Below, piece by piece: positions 9,410 through 20,802 of a stretch of DNA of 64,000 nt (the first letter of the stretch is position 1; every line of letters begins with the position of its first letter). This stretch comes from an uncultured Chloroflexia bacterium (lineage in GTDB: Bacteria > Chloroflexota > Limnocylindria > Limnocylindrales > CSP1-4): the NCBI GenBank assembly GCA_963746845.1, contig CAVVCZ010000004.1, forward strand, positions 928,001 to 992,000, in the 5' to 3' direction. Both the position numbers and the translations under genes were made by a program. The notes under the pieces were generated by a model, which was not told the origin of the DNA, did no database searches, and saw only the letters and a list, made by a program, of their open reading frames with translations.

Positions 9410-10898
9410 TCAGTGCCTCGGCGAGCCCTTCCCGGACCGGCACGAGCCACCGTGGGCCCGGACGTCCAGCGTGAAGCTCCCGAAGGCCTTCCCGTTGACG
9501 CTGACGACGGCCTGGTAGCAGCCGGGTCGGAGACCGCCGAGCCAGAGGTGTCCGGCCCACCGCCCGTCGTGCCGGTGCAGAGTCAGGGTCCGCGTGGACC
9601 CTCCCCCGGCGCAGGACGCGACGGTCAGGACGACGCGGCCGCTCTTGACGGCCTTGCCGTCGAGCGTGAGCCGGACCTTGACCGGGAGCTCGCGGGCGCC
9701 GCGGACGACGACGGTCCCCGGGGCGTGGATCGGCTGCAGCCACCAGGCGTGGGCGCCGGGCGCAGGTGGGTTGGCCGGTGGGACGACGGGCGGGACCACG
9801 GGCGGCGGCGGTGCGCCGACCGGAGGCGGATCAGTGACGGGCGGGGTCGGCGGCGGGTCGATCACCGGGGGCGGCGGCGGCACGAACGCGACGTGGGCCG
9901 TGAACGACGCCGACGCGCTGTTGCCACTTGCGTCCCGGGCCGTACAGGTGACCGTCGTGTCCCCGACGGGCAGCGCGGACCCGGACGCCGGCAGGCAGGC
10001 CACCGATGGCGATGCGTCGACGACGTCCGTTGCCGTCGGCGAGACATACGTCAGCGTCGCTGACGTGCCCGACGTCGTCAGGTTGACGTCAGCCGGCATC
10101 CCCGAAAGGAGCGGGGCCGTCGTGTCGACGACCGTGATCGTGAAGGAGCCGTTGGCGCTGAGCGAGCCGCTATCGGTCGCGGTGCAGTCGACGGTTGTCG
10201 TTCCGAGCGGCAGGAGCGCCCCAACAGCCGGGCTGCACGTCGACGTCGGATCCACGGCGTCGTCGGGGTCGGTGGCGGCGACCGTGTAGGCCGCGGTCGC
10301 GCCACCGGTCGTGTTGCCTTCGACCGTCGAGTCGGCCGGCAGTTGAAGCGACGGCGGCAGGTTCTGCCGGTGGCGGGGTCGCGACGTCGAGGACGAAGTC
10401 GATCGTCGGGTTCGTGCCGGAGAAGACGCCGGAGTCATTGGCACTCGCCGGGGTCACGGCCCGGTTCCACGAGAACCGGTAGTGATAGTCGAGGCCCTCG
10501 GTCATCGGCGCCGTGACGATGACGTAGAGCGGGCCGGCGACGTAGGGGTCCAGGTCAGTGGGACACGTGGCACCGTCGGCGGGCCATCCACTCGGCATCC
10601 CGAACGTCAGCGTTCCGACGCTGAACCCGCCGCCGGACGGGACTGACCGGGTGCCGGGCGACAACCGGATCGACTGGGTCGCGTCCACGTGGTTTGTCCC
10701 GGAGCACGTCACCACGAAGTAGACGTAGTAGGGGACGTCCTCGCCCGGAGCGACCGTGCCGAGATCGATCGAGCTCTGGAATCCAACGGTCACCGCGTCG
10801 CCGTCGGCGTCGACGCTCTCGGCGGCGACCGACGGGACGGTGAGGAGCGTGATCGCCGCTGCGGCCACGAGGGCCCGTCTGGCGATGGTGAAGCGCAT
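9410..10898 (-). CDS. Secreted HYR-domain surface protein (apparent frameshift near 10370)
   Basis: Signal peptide MRFTIARRALVAAAAITLL; two HYR-like repeats (ATD..D....CSPA.G..LPLGTTTVDCTATD; ATDVVD....CLPASG..LPVGDTTVTCTARDASGN); Pro-rich linker; joins ORFs 10170..10985 and 9410..10444. Confidence 0.75.
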
Positions 10899-11094
10899 CG
10901 AGGTCGACTCCTGAGCAGTCGGAGGCGGCAGCAAGGCGGCCGGAGCCGGATCGTCCGGTGCCGGGTCCCGACCGTCGATGGCCAATTCGGGGGGTTCGGT
11001 GACGAGGTGCGCCGCCCAGGAGTACCGCCCGCTGGTGCGTGCGCGCCCTCACGGGGCCCCGCCGGGCCCGGGATTCGGCCGGCTCGGACAAGCA

Positions 11095-11121
11095 GAAGTC
11101 CCGTCACGTGGACGGGACTTC
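11095..11121 (-). terminator. Perfect 11-bp hairpin, probable intrinsic terminator/attenuator
   Basis: GAAGTCCCGTC-acgtg-GACGGGACTTC; on the minus strand followed by TGCTTGT. Confidence 0.55.
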
Positions 11122-11350
11122 CGCATCCCCCTCTTGTGCGTCTGCGGGTCACCCGGAGGGCAGGACCTCGAGGCGATCCGCGCTGACGGCACGGCCAGTG
11201 TGCTCCGGCAGTGGCCGCGGGTCGTTGCCGGTCGGTTGACGTCCCGTCAACAGGCCGTGAAGGGCCGCGGAAGGGTCCGGTGATCGCCGCGTGAGCGGCG
11301 GGTGAGCGCTGGGTGAGCCGTGGTGCACCGTCATCCGCATCGTGGGGTCG

Positions 11351-13016
11351 ATGACGCTCCATCCCTCGGTGGCCGACCGGCTCGACCGGCTCGCACCGGA
11401 CCAGCGGGCGGCCGCGACGGCGCCGCCGGGACCGATCCTGTGCGTCGCCCCCGCCGGCTCCGGCAAGACGACGACCCTCGTCGCCCGGGTCGCCTGGCTG
11501 ATCGCCTCGGGCGCAGCCGCCCCCGAGGCGATCGTCGCCATCACCTTCAACCGGCGCGCCGCGGTCGAGCTGGGCGAGCGGCTCGCCGGCGCGCTCGCGC
11601 CGCTCGACCTGCCCGCCGAAGCGGTCCGGGTCCGGACGTTCCACGCCCTCGGGCTGGAGATCCTCCGGGACGCCGGCGAGCGCGTCGACCCCCTCGTCGA
11701 CCGGCTCGAGGTCCTGCGCCGGATCGCGCCCGATCTCGGACCGGCCGGCTGGCGCCGTCTCGACACCGCGTTCTCCCGGCTGAAGCTCGACGTCGGCGTG
11801 ACCGCGGCGGAGGTCGCGACGGACCCCGAGCCGGGTCCGGTCGCCCGAGCGTTCGTCGCCTACGAAGCCGAGATCACATCCGAAGGCGGCCTCGACTTCG
11901 ACGACCTCGTCGCGCGCTCGCTCCGACGGCTGGAAACCGACGCCGGGGTGCTCGAGCGATGGCGCGCCCGGGCGGCGGACCTCGTCGTCGACGAGGCACA
12001 GGACCTCGACCGGGCACAGCTCCGGCTCGCGCTGCTCCTGGCCGCGCCGGCCAACCGGATCTTCCTCGTCGGCGACGACGACCAGTCGATCTATGGCTGG
12101 CGCCTCGCGGACGTCCGCCGGGTCCTCGGGCTCGCCGACGCCCTGCCGGGGCTCCGGCGGGTCGACCTCGTCGTCAACTACCGCTGCCCGTCGACGGTCA
12201 TCGAGCGATCCGTCCGGCTGATCGAGCACAATGCCGCGCGGTTTGCGAAGTCGATCCGGGCGCGGCCGGACGCGCGCGGCTCGATCGTCCTGGCCGGCGA
12301 CGCATCAGACGAGCCGGTCCGGATGGCGCGCATCCTCGAGCGGTGGCCGGACGACGACGGCACGCGGGCGATCCTCGCGCGGACGAACCGCGAGCTGCTG
12401 CCGGCGATCGCGACGGCGCTGGAGGCGGGCGTGCCGTTCCGCCCGCCGCCGATCGAGCTGCTGATCACGTCGCCGTCTGTCGACGCGTGCCTGGCGGCGG
12501 TCGGGACCGATGACGCCAGGACCTCGGCCCCACTCCTCGCCCGGATCGAGGCGGTCCGCGCTCGCTGGGCGGCCGCGCCGCCCGACCGGGCCGCGGACCC
12601 GGATGTCACCGCCCCGGCCGACGTCGCCGCGGCGGTCCTTGCCTGGGCAGCGCCATTCGCGACCCTGGACGCGCTGCGGGGTGCCGTCGAGGCGCGCCGT
12701 GCGGATCTCGCCCGGCTGTGTGCCGACGACGCGCCGCTCACCTTTGCCACGGCGCACGCGACGAAGGGTCTCGAGTTCGACCACGTGGCCGTGATCGGGC
12801 TCGACGCCGGGCGGTTCCCGAGCGCCCGCTCGCTCGCGGACGCGCCCGACCCGGATGCGGGCGCTCGAGGAGGAGCGGAGGCTCGCCTACGTCGCGTGGA
12901 CGCGTGCCCGTCGGTCGCTCACCCTCGTCTACGACCCGGCGACGCCGTCGCGGTTCCTGCTGGAGGCGTTCGACCCGGACGAGCTCGGCCTTCGGGCCGC
13001 CGAACGGCATGCCTAG
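11351..13016 (+). CDS. Compact UvrD/Rep/PcrA-like SF1 helicase (apparent frameshift near 12860)
   Basis: APAGSGKT, ITFN, TFH, VDEAQD, GDDDQSIYGWR, NYR, ILARTN, TAHATKGLEF; motif VI EEERRLAYVAWTRAR is in a shifted frame ending at TAG 13014-13016. Confidence 0.85.
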
Positions 13017-13024
13017 ACTGCGCC

Positions 13025-13612
13025 ATGCCCACCCGACGTGACGGGACCGAGCCGATGGTCGCCCACGGCTCTGTCTATCTCCGACCACCCGAGAAGGACG
13101 ACATCCCGCTGTTCGTGACGTGGTTCAACGACTACGCGATGTCGCGGACGCTCGGCATCCGCGCCCCGATGTCGGTCGCGATGGAGGAGCAGTGGTACGA
13201 GCGCTCCGTCGCCGACCAGGGCAAGACCGGCTACCACTTCGTGGCCTGCCTGCTGGAGGACGACCGGCCGATCGGCACGATCGGGCTGTTCGACCTCGAC
13301 CTGCACAACGGCAGCGCCGGGCTCGGGATCTCGATCGGCGCCGCGTCGGACCGGGGACGGGGGCTCGGGTCGGACATGATCCGGGCGCTGGTCGCGTTCG
13401 GCTTCGGCAGCCTCCGGCTGGAGCGGATCTGGCTCGACGTGTTCGACTTCAACCCGGGCGCCCGGCGCGTCTACCAGCGGGTCGGGTTCGTCGACGAGGG
13501 CGTGTCCCGGCACGCGATCTTCCGGGAGGGCCGCTACCGCGATGTCCACCGGATGGCGATCCTGCGCGAGGAGTGGACTGCGCTGCAGCCGGCGGAGGAG
13601 CCGGGCGCCTAG
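13025..13612 (+). CDS. GNAT N-acetyltransferase (RimJ/RimL-like)
   Basis: VYLRP, IGTIGL, RGRGLG, LERIWLDV..FNPGARRVYQRVGF..EG; own -10 (TAGACT) 5 nt before ATG. Confidence 0.88.
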   Translation: MPTRRDGTEPMVAHGSVYLRPPEKDDIPLFVTWFNDYAMSRTLGIRAPMSVAMEEQWYERSVADQGKTGYHFVACLLEDDRPIGTIGLFDLDLHNGSAGLGISIGAASDRGRGLGSDMIRALVAFGFGSLRLERIWLDVFDFNPGARRVYQRVGFVDEGVSRHAIFREGRYRDVHRMAILREEWTALQPAEEPGA

Positions 13613-13962
13613 CCGATCTCCCGCCGGTTCAGCTGCTTGAGCAGGCGATCGATCGAATCGAGGAACGGCTCCGTCACGGACTCCGGCAGCGCGTCGCGCA
13701 CGGAGTCCTTCGGCCCGAACGCCGCCCGCGCCCGCATCGCGACCTGGCGGAGCCCGCGCGGCTCGTCGTCGCGGAGCCGGTCCGCCATCGGCTCGAAGTA
13801 GGCGAGCCACCGATCCTGGCCGAGCTCGCGCGCGGCGGCGATCACCCGATCCACGTCGCGGGCCGCCGTCAGCGCCGCCTCGTCGACCGCCGGCATCTCG
13901 TGGCGGAGCGGCCCGCGGTTGCCCGTGTGCCGGGCGATGGTGATGGGGCGGTCGTCAGGCAT
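13609..13962 (-). CDS. Hypothetical helical protein
   Basis: 117 aa ORF with typical codon usage; ATG overlaps the stop of the upstream gene (ATGCCTGA). Confidence 0.65.
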   Translation of the reverse strand: MPDDRPITIARHTGNRGPLRHEMPAVDEAALTAARDVDRVIAAARELGQDRWLAYFEPMADRLRDDEPRGLRQVAMRARAAFGPKDSVRDALPESVTEPFLDSIDRLLKQLNRREIG

Positions 13963-14360
13963 CCGGCGCCGTGATCAGGAGCGGCAGGCGCTTCCGCTCG
14001 GAGCCGTTGACGAGGATCCGGAACGAGTAGTCGCCGGGCGTCGTTGAAGGTCAGGTTCCACAGGTCGATCGAGAACGTCAGGACGGCGTCGCGCCCGTCA
14101 CCGTGGCCGCGTGCCACGAGGTTGCCCGTGCCGCCGGCGACCTCGCCGCCGTCCGGGTCGAGGAGGACGAACCGGATCTCGTGCTCGCGGTCGACCTCCG
14201 GCGCGGTGACCATCAGGCCCAGGACGAGGGCGAGGTGCGCGTGCCGCAGCGGGAACGTCCGGCCGCCGATCCGCGACACGCCGCCGCCGAGCACGTGGAA
14301 CTTCTGCCCGGGCTGGGTCTCGGCGGCGTCGGCCAGGAACGCGAACTCGATGTCCGGCAT
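13955..14360 (-). CDS. Beta-sandwich hypothetical protein (DUF6941-like; apparent frameshift near 14040)
   Basis: MPDIEFAFLADAAE..GQKFHVLGGG; shifted frame continues PGDYSFRILVNGSERKRLPL; family assigned from memory of the motif pattern. Confidence 0.65.
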
Positions 14361-14430
14361 GGCGGGCATCGTACCGCCGGGCTCAGCACCGGGAGTGATG
14401 CCGGCCCGGGAGGGACGAGGTAGCGTGCGC

Positions 14431-17400
14431 CTATCGGCCGGATGCCGCGGCGGCGCGCTTCCGGCTCGGGGCGATCCGGACCCTGGGGCCGTGGCCGTTC
14501 GTGCCGTTGCCCCGGCCGGCCTCCTCGGCGAAGGTCACGTGCGACAGCGGCACGAGCGGCTCGCCGCGGAGCACCCGCGCGAGGTACTCCCCCGTCGCGG
14601 AGCCGCCGGTGGCGGCGACGGTCTCCGGCGTGCCCTCGGCGATGATCCGGCCGCCCCGGGCGCCGCCGTCCGGGCCGAGATCGACGATCCAGTCGGCCGT
14701 CTTGATCACGTCGAGGTTGTGCTCGATGACGAGGACCGTGTTGCCCCCGTCGACGAGCCGATGGAGCACCTCGAGCAGCTTCTCCACGTCCGCGAAGTGG
14801 AGCCCGGTCGTCGGCTCGTCCAGGACGTACAGCGTCCGGCCGGTCGCCCGCCGCGACAGCTCGGTCGCCAGCTTGACCCGCTGCGCCTCGCCGCCGGACA
14901 GCGTCGTCGCGGGCTGGCCGAGGTGGACGTAGCCCAGCCCCACGTCGTTCAGCGTCTGGAGCTTCACCTTCACGTTCGGCACCGCCGAGAAGAAGTCGTT
15001 CGCCTCGGCGATCGTCATCTCGAGCACGTCCGCGATCGACCGACCCTTGTAGTGGATCTCGAGCGCCTCGCGGTTGTAGCGCTTGCCCTTGCAGACCTCG
15101 CACGTGACGTACACGTCCGGGAGGAACTGCATCTCGATCTTCAGGATCCCGTCGCCCTTGCAGTTCTCGCAGCGTCCGCCCTTGACGTTGAAGCTGAAGC
15201 GCCCGGGCTGGTAGCCGCGGACGCGCGCCTCGGGGACGCCGGCGAAGAGCTCGCGGATCGGGCCGAACAGGCCGGTGTACGTCGCCGGGTTCGAGCGCGG
15301 CGTCCGCCCGATCGGGCTCTGGTCGATCTCGATGATCTTGTCGATGTGCTCGACGCCCTTCAGCGACGTGTGGGCACCGACCGGCTCGCGCGACCCGTTG
15401 AGCTCGCGCGCGAGGGCCCGATAGAGCACGTCCGTCACGAGCGTCGACTTGCCGCTCCCGGACACGCCGGTGATCGCCGTGAACGTCCCGAGCGGCACCG
15501 TGAAGTCGATCCCGCGGAGGTTGTGCTCGCGGGCGCCCTTCACGACGAGCTTCTTCAGGTTGCCCTTGCGGCGCTTCGCCGGGATCGGCACGACCCGCTC
15601 GCCCCGGAGGTAGGCGCCCGTGATCGAGCGTGGCTCGGCCAGGACCGTCTCGAGCGGGCCGTTCGCGATGATCTCGCCGCCGTGCTCACCCGCGCCGGGC
15701 CCGATGTCGACCACCCAGTCGGCCGTCCGGATCGTCTCCTCGTCGTGCTCGACCACGAGGACCGTGTTGCCCAGGTCGCGCAGCCGGGTCAGCGTCGCGA
15801 TCAGCTTCGCGTTGTCGCGCTGGTGGAGCCCGATCGACGGCTCGTCGAGGATGTACAGGACGCCCATCAGGGTCGTGCCGATCTGGGTCGCCAGCCGGAT
15901 GCGCTGCGCCTCGCCGCCCGACAGCGTGATCGACGCGCGGTCCAGGGTCAGGTAGTCCAGCCCGACGTCGACGAGGAACCCGAGCCGCGCGCGTGATCTC
16001 CTTGAGGATCTGGTACGCGATCGTCCGCTCGCGCTCGGTCAGGATCTTCGGCAGCCGGGCGACCCAGCTCATCGCGTCCGTGATCGACAGGGTCGCGACG
16101 TCCGAGATGCTCTGCCCGTCGACCGTGACCGCGAGGACCTCCGGCTTCAGCCGCTTGCCGCCGCAGGTGGGGCACGGCCGCGTGACCATGTACTTCTCGA
16201 GCTCGGTCTTGATGTACTCCGAGTCCGTCTCGCGGTAGCGCCGCTCGAGGTTCGTGACGATCCCCTCGAACGTCGCCTTGTAGGTGTTCTCGCCGCGCTC
16301 GTGGCGGTAGCGGACGAGGACCTTCTCGTCCTTCTCCGCGCGGAGGAGGTACTCGATCGCCTCCGCCGGCAGGTCCTTGACCGGCTTCTTGAAGCTCCAG
16401 CCGTGGGCGTCGCAGATCGCCTCGAGGATCTTCAGCCGCCAGGACGCGTCGTTCGGCATCTTCGCCCACGGCACGAGCGCGCCCTGCGCGAGGCTCTTCG
16501 TCCGGTCCGGGATCACGAGGTCCGGGTCGATCTCCAGCCGCGTCCCGAGGCCGGTGCAGGCCGGGCAGGCGCCGTGGGGCGAGTTGAACGAGAAGTTGCG
16601 CGGCTCCAGCTCGTCCATCGTGAACCCGTCGTACGGGCAGGTGAACCGCTCGCTGTAGCGGCGCTCGTCGAACGACGGGCCGTCGTCGTCGCGCGGCGCC
16701 GGCGCGATCAGGACGACGCCCTCGCCGAGCCGGAGCGCCGTCTCGATCGAGTCCGCGAGACGCGATGCGTCCGGGTCCGGGATCACGACCCCCGTCTCGG
16801 GATCGATCGGGCGGCCGTCCGGCGCTCGCTTCGCGCCCTCCGGGGCGTCGGCGTGGCGGACGATGTAGCGGTCGACGACGACCTCGATGCTGTGGCGCTT
16901 GTACTTGTCGAGGGTCGGCGCCTCCGACAGCTCGTACATCTCCCCGTCGACCCGGACGCGGACGAAGCCCTGCCGCCGGGCGCCGTCGAAGACGCGGTCG
17001 CCCTCGGTCTTGCGGTCCTTGATCAGCGGGCCGAGGACGAGCAGCCGGGTCCCCTCGGGCAGGGCGAGGACCTGGTCGACGATCTGCTGGACGCTCTGCC
17101 GCTCGATCGGGTGGCCGTTCGGGCAGTGCGGGTGGCCCGCGCGCGCGAAGAGCAGCCGGAGGTAGTCGTAGATCTCGGTGACCGTCCCGACGGTCGACCG
17201 CGGGTTGCGCGACGCGCCCTTCTGGTCGATCGAGATCGCCGGCGACAGCCCGTCGATCTGGTCGACGTCCGGCTTCTCCATCTGGCCGAGGAACTGCCGG
17301 GCGTAGGCGCTCAGGCTCTCGACGTAGCGGCGCTGGCCCTCGGCGTAGATCGTGTCGAAGGCGAGGCTGCTCTTGCCGCTCCCGGACAGGCCGGTGATGA

Positions 17401-17488
17401 CGACCAGCCGGTCGCGCGGGAACGCGACGGTGACGTCCTTCAGGTTGTGTTCGCGGGCACCGCGGACGACGAGCTGATCCTGGGGCAT
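14431..17488 (-). CDS. uvrA: Excinuclease ABC subunit A (apparent frameshift near 15990)
   Basis: [47 protein letters not shown], second [22 protein letters not shown]; split across ORFs 15686..17488 and 14431..15867. Confidence 0.96.
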
Positions 17489-17520
17489 CTCGAGCCAAGT
17501 CTACGCGATCCGGGACATAT

Positions 17521-17534
17521 CGCACAGACGTTCT
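17521..17534. promoter_or_regulatory. LexA (SOS) box upstream of uvrA, one mismatch
   Basis: cGCACagacGTTCt versus GAAC-N4-GTTC; overlaps the expected -35 of the uvrA promoter whose -10 is TAGACT (17498-17503, minus strand). Confidence 0.6.
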
Positions 17535-17612
17535 AACACGTTCGCGACGGATTCCGCGCGGCGGGCACGTATGCTGGCCGCGGTCTGTCACACGAGGGCC
17601 ACGCTCGGCACG

Positions 17613-19401
17613 ATGAGGCTCGGCGGTTCGGTTCGCGATCCGGCCCTGGTGGCGGTCGTCCTCGTGTGCGCGGCGGCCATCCTGTCGATCGCGACGATGG
17701 CCCTGAGCCGGTTCCTGATCCCGCCGAGGACGCCGGGATCTCGAGCGAGGCCTGGCCGTGGACGGCCGACGGGGTCGCCGTCGAGCCGTTCGATGGCGCA
17801 TCTCCGTTCCGTGCTGGGCGACGTGGTCGTCGCGATCGACGGCCGGCCGCTGGCCGGTCTGGGCGGGCGAGGCGCTCGAACCGCCGTGGGCCCTCGCGCC
17901 CCGGTCGCTCGGCTCGACCGCCGACATCGAGGTGATCCGCGACGGCCGGCCGGTGACGGTCACGGCGTCCCTCCAGCCCCTGCCCGTCTCCCGGTTCGGC
18001 GGCGCACCCCTGGCGCTCGTCGCGTTCGCGACTCGGGGCGATCCTCCTGGCGCTGACGATGATCGCCCGGCGGCCGCGCTCGATGGCGCTGCGCCTGATC
18101 GCGGTCGCGGTGGCCTGCGACATCGCGGACATCGTCGCGTGGGAGGTCGGCCTGCAGCCGACGGACCTGGTCGCCCGCAGCCCGTTCCTGTACGCGTTCG
18201 GGTTCGGGGCCGTGTTCAGCCTGATCTTCTGGGCCGCGCTGCTGCACCTGCTGCTGATCTATCCGGTCCGGGCCCGCTGGCTCGTCCGGCGGCCGCGGTC
18301 GATCGGGCTCGTCTACGGCCTGCCGCTCGGGGCCCTGGCGGTCGGCGCCATCGCGGCCGGGCTGGCCGGCGGCAACACGCTGAGCTGGCTGGCGCGTCTG
18401 GGCCCACTGACCGGCGCGCTCGTGTCGGCGATGATCGTGGCCGTCCTCGTCGCGATCGTCGCGGACTACCGACGGACTCCCGCCCCGCGACGCTCCCAGG
18501 TCCGGCTGCTGGCCGTGACGATGTTCGTGGCCGCCGGGCGCGATCCTCGTGCTCACGAGCCTGCCGATCGCGCTCGGCCGGCCCCCGCTGGCATCGCGCG
18601 GTGCCGTCGCCCTGCTCGCCCTCCCCGTGATCGCGGCGCTCGCGCTCGCGGTCCTCCGGGATCGCCTGTTCCAGGTCGACCTGCTCGTCACGAGCCGGGC
18701 CCGGATCGTGGCGGCCCGGGAGGAGGAGCGGCTGCGGCTGCGGCGGGAGCTGCACGACGGGGTCGGACCGACGCTCGCGGCGCTCGGGTTGAAGATCGAC
18801 GCCGCGCGGGCCGCCGCGACCGGTGACGACCCGCCGTCCGCCGGCCCGATCCTCGACGAGATGCGGAGCGACGTCCGGGCGGTCCTCGGCCAGGTCCGTG
18901 GGCTGGCCCGGGACCTCCGGCCGCCCACGCTCGACACCCTGGGGCTGGTCGGCGGGCTGCGTCAGCAGGTCGAGGCGATGACGATCGGCGGTCCCACGCG
19001 GGTCGAGGTCGTCGCCGATCCCCTCCCCGAGCTCCCCGCGGGGATCGAGGTCGCGGCCTACCGGATCGTCGTCGAGGCCGTCACGAACGTCCTGCGCCAC
19101 GCCGGCGCCCGGACGGCGACGGTGCGGATGACGGTCGACCACGACCAGCTGCGGATCGCGGTCGACGACGACGGGATCGGCGTCGACGATATCGCCATCG
19201 GGGTCGGCACGCGGGCGATGTACGAGCGGGCGGCGGAGGTCGGCGGAGAGCTGACGATCGAGCCGGGCGCCGACGGCGGCACCCACCTGTCGGCGACCCT
19301 GCCGATCGGGAGCCCGTCCTCGGCGGGCGGTCGCCGTCGCCGAGCCCGCCGCGGCCCCGGCGGCCATCCGGCCCGGGCTCACCGGGAGGCCGCTCGAATG
19401 A
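17613..19401 (+). CDS. Membrane sensor histidine kinase (HisKA_3) with PDZ-like extracytoplasmic domain; several apparent frameshifts
   Basis: Pieces: TM, GDVVVAIDGRPL / EVIRDG (PDZ-like), multiple TMs, RRELHDGVGPTLA (H-box), EAVTNVLRHA (N-box), DDDGIG (G1); boundaries approximate. Confidence 0.8.
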
Positions 19402-20098
19402 CGACGACGACCCGGGCCCGGACCCGACGCAGCCGATCGGCCGTCCGATCCGGATCGTCGTCGCCGACGACCACCCGGTCTACCGCGACGGCCTGCGCGC
19501 GCTCGCCGCCCGTTCGCCGGGCCTCGAGCTCGTCGGCGAGGCGGCGGACGGGCTGGCGGCGGTGGAGGTCGTCCGCGCGACGGCGCCCCAGGTCGTCCTC
19601 ATGGACCTGCGGATGCCGGGGATCAGCGGGATCGAGGCGACCCGCGAGATCCTGAAGCACCTGCCGGAGACGCGGATCCTGATCCTCACGATGTCCGAGG
19701 ACGACGAGTCGCTCTTCGGGGCGATGCGGGCCGGGGCCCGGGGCTACCTCCCGAAGGACGCCGACAGCGACGATCTCCTGCGGGCGATCGAGGCGGCGGC
19801 GGTCGGCGAGGTGATCTTCGGAGAATCGATCGCGACGCGGCTCCAGGCGTTCTTCGCGGCGCCGCGGAACCGGGCGACCGAGCCGTTCCCGGAGCTGACC
19901 GCCCGCGAGGACGAGGTGCTGGAGCTGATCGCGCAGGGCCGGTCGAACGCCGAGATCGGCGCCCGGCTCGGGATCAGCGACAAGACGGTCCGCAACCACG
20001 TGGCCAGCGTCTTCAACAAGCTCCGCGTCGCCGATCGGGCGGGGGCGATCGTCCGTGCCCGCGAGGCCGGGCTCGGCCGGGAGACCGACGCCGACTGA
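19398..20098 (+). CDS. NarL/LuxR-family response regulator (apparent frameshift near the start)
   Basis: IRIVVADDHP, VVLMDLRMPG, GYLPKD, LTAREDEVLELIAQGRSNAEIG...KTVRNHV. Confidence 0.92.
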
Positions 20099-20249
20099 GG
20101 CCGCCGCCCCGGTTCGCCGGATCGGCTGCCGCTCCGCCGCCCGATCCGTTGCCCGGTCATCCGGGACACGAGCCCGATGTGCCCGGGACAACGGGCGACC
20201 GATACCTGCCCCAGGTCGCCGTCGAGCGGCCACTCGAGGGGCACGTTCG

Positions 20250-20780
20250 ATGCAGACGCAGGACACCGGGACCCGTCACGAGACCGCCGATCAGCTGGTG
20301 GCCGAGTGGTACGCCACCGAGGCGGCCGCCGTCCAGCGCTACGTCCAGTCGCTCGTCCGCGACCCGGACGAGGCCGCGGACATCTGCCAGGAGGCGTTCG
20401 TCCGGCTGATCGTCGCCGCGCGGGCCGGTCAGATGCCGGACGCACCGGGAGCGTGGATGCGGCGCGTCGCCCACAACCTCGTCGTCAGCGCCGCGCGCCG
20501 ACGGACCGTGAGCGAGCGGGCCCTCGAGCGCCTCGCCGACCGCGACATCATCCCGGCGACCGAGGACGCGATCCTGCGCCGGGAGCGGGATCGGCAGGTC
20601 GTCGACGCGCTCGCGGGCGCATCGAACGACGACCGGACCGCGATGCTGCTCGCGGCCCAGGGCTACCGGGCGCGCGAGATCGGGGATCGGCTCGGGCGGA
20701 CGGAGCTGGCGACGCGCGCCCTCCTGTGTCGGGCCCGTGGACGTCTCCGGGAGCGCCTCGTCTCCTTCGACGCGGCCTGA
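20250..20780 (+). CDS. ECF-type sigma-70 factor
   Basis: Region 2 DPDEAADICQEAF, WMRRVAHN; region 4 GYRAREIGDRLG...RARGRLR; GAGGGG SD upstream. Confidence 0.85.
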   Translation: MQTQDTGTRHETADQLVAEWYATEAAAVQRYVQSLVRDPDEAADICQEAFVRLIVAARAGQMPDAPGAWMRRVAHNLVVSAARRRTVSERALERLADRDIIPATEDAILRRERDRQVVDALAGASNDDRTAMLLAAQGYRAREIGDRLGRTELATRALLCRARGRLRERLVSFDAA

Positions 20781-20802
20781 CGCGGCCCCGGGCCGCCGGC
20801 GG

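Noticed and set aside
11040-11260. Cobalamin, c-di-AMP or c-di-GMP riboswitch suggested by GCCACTG, GCCGAATCC and CAACCGACC fragments
   Set aside because: The other required conserved blocks are absent; kept only as an unassigned structured-RNA candidate.
11342-13612. Apparent 756-aa UvrD-GNAT fusion in the ORF track
   Set aside because: Helicase motif VI is in another frame ending at 13016, and the GNAT has its own -10 and ATG; the fusion is an indel artefact.
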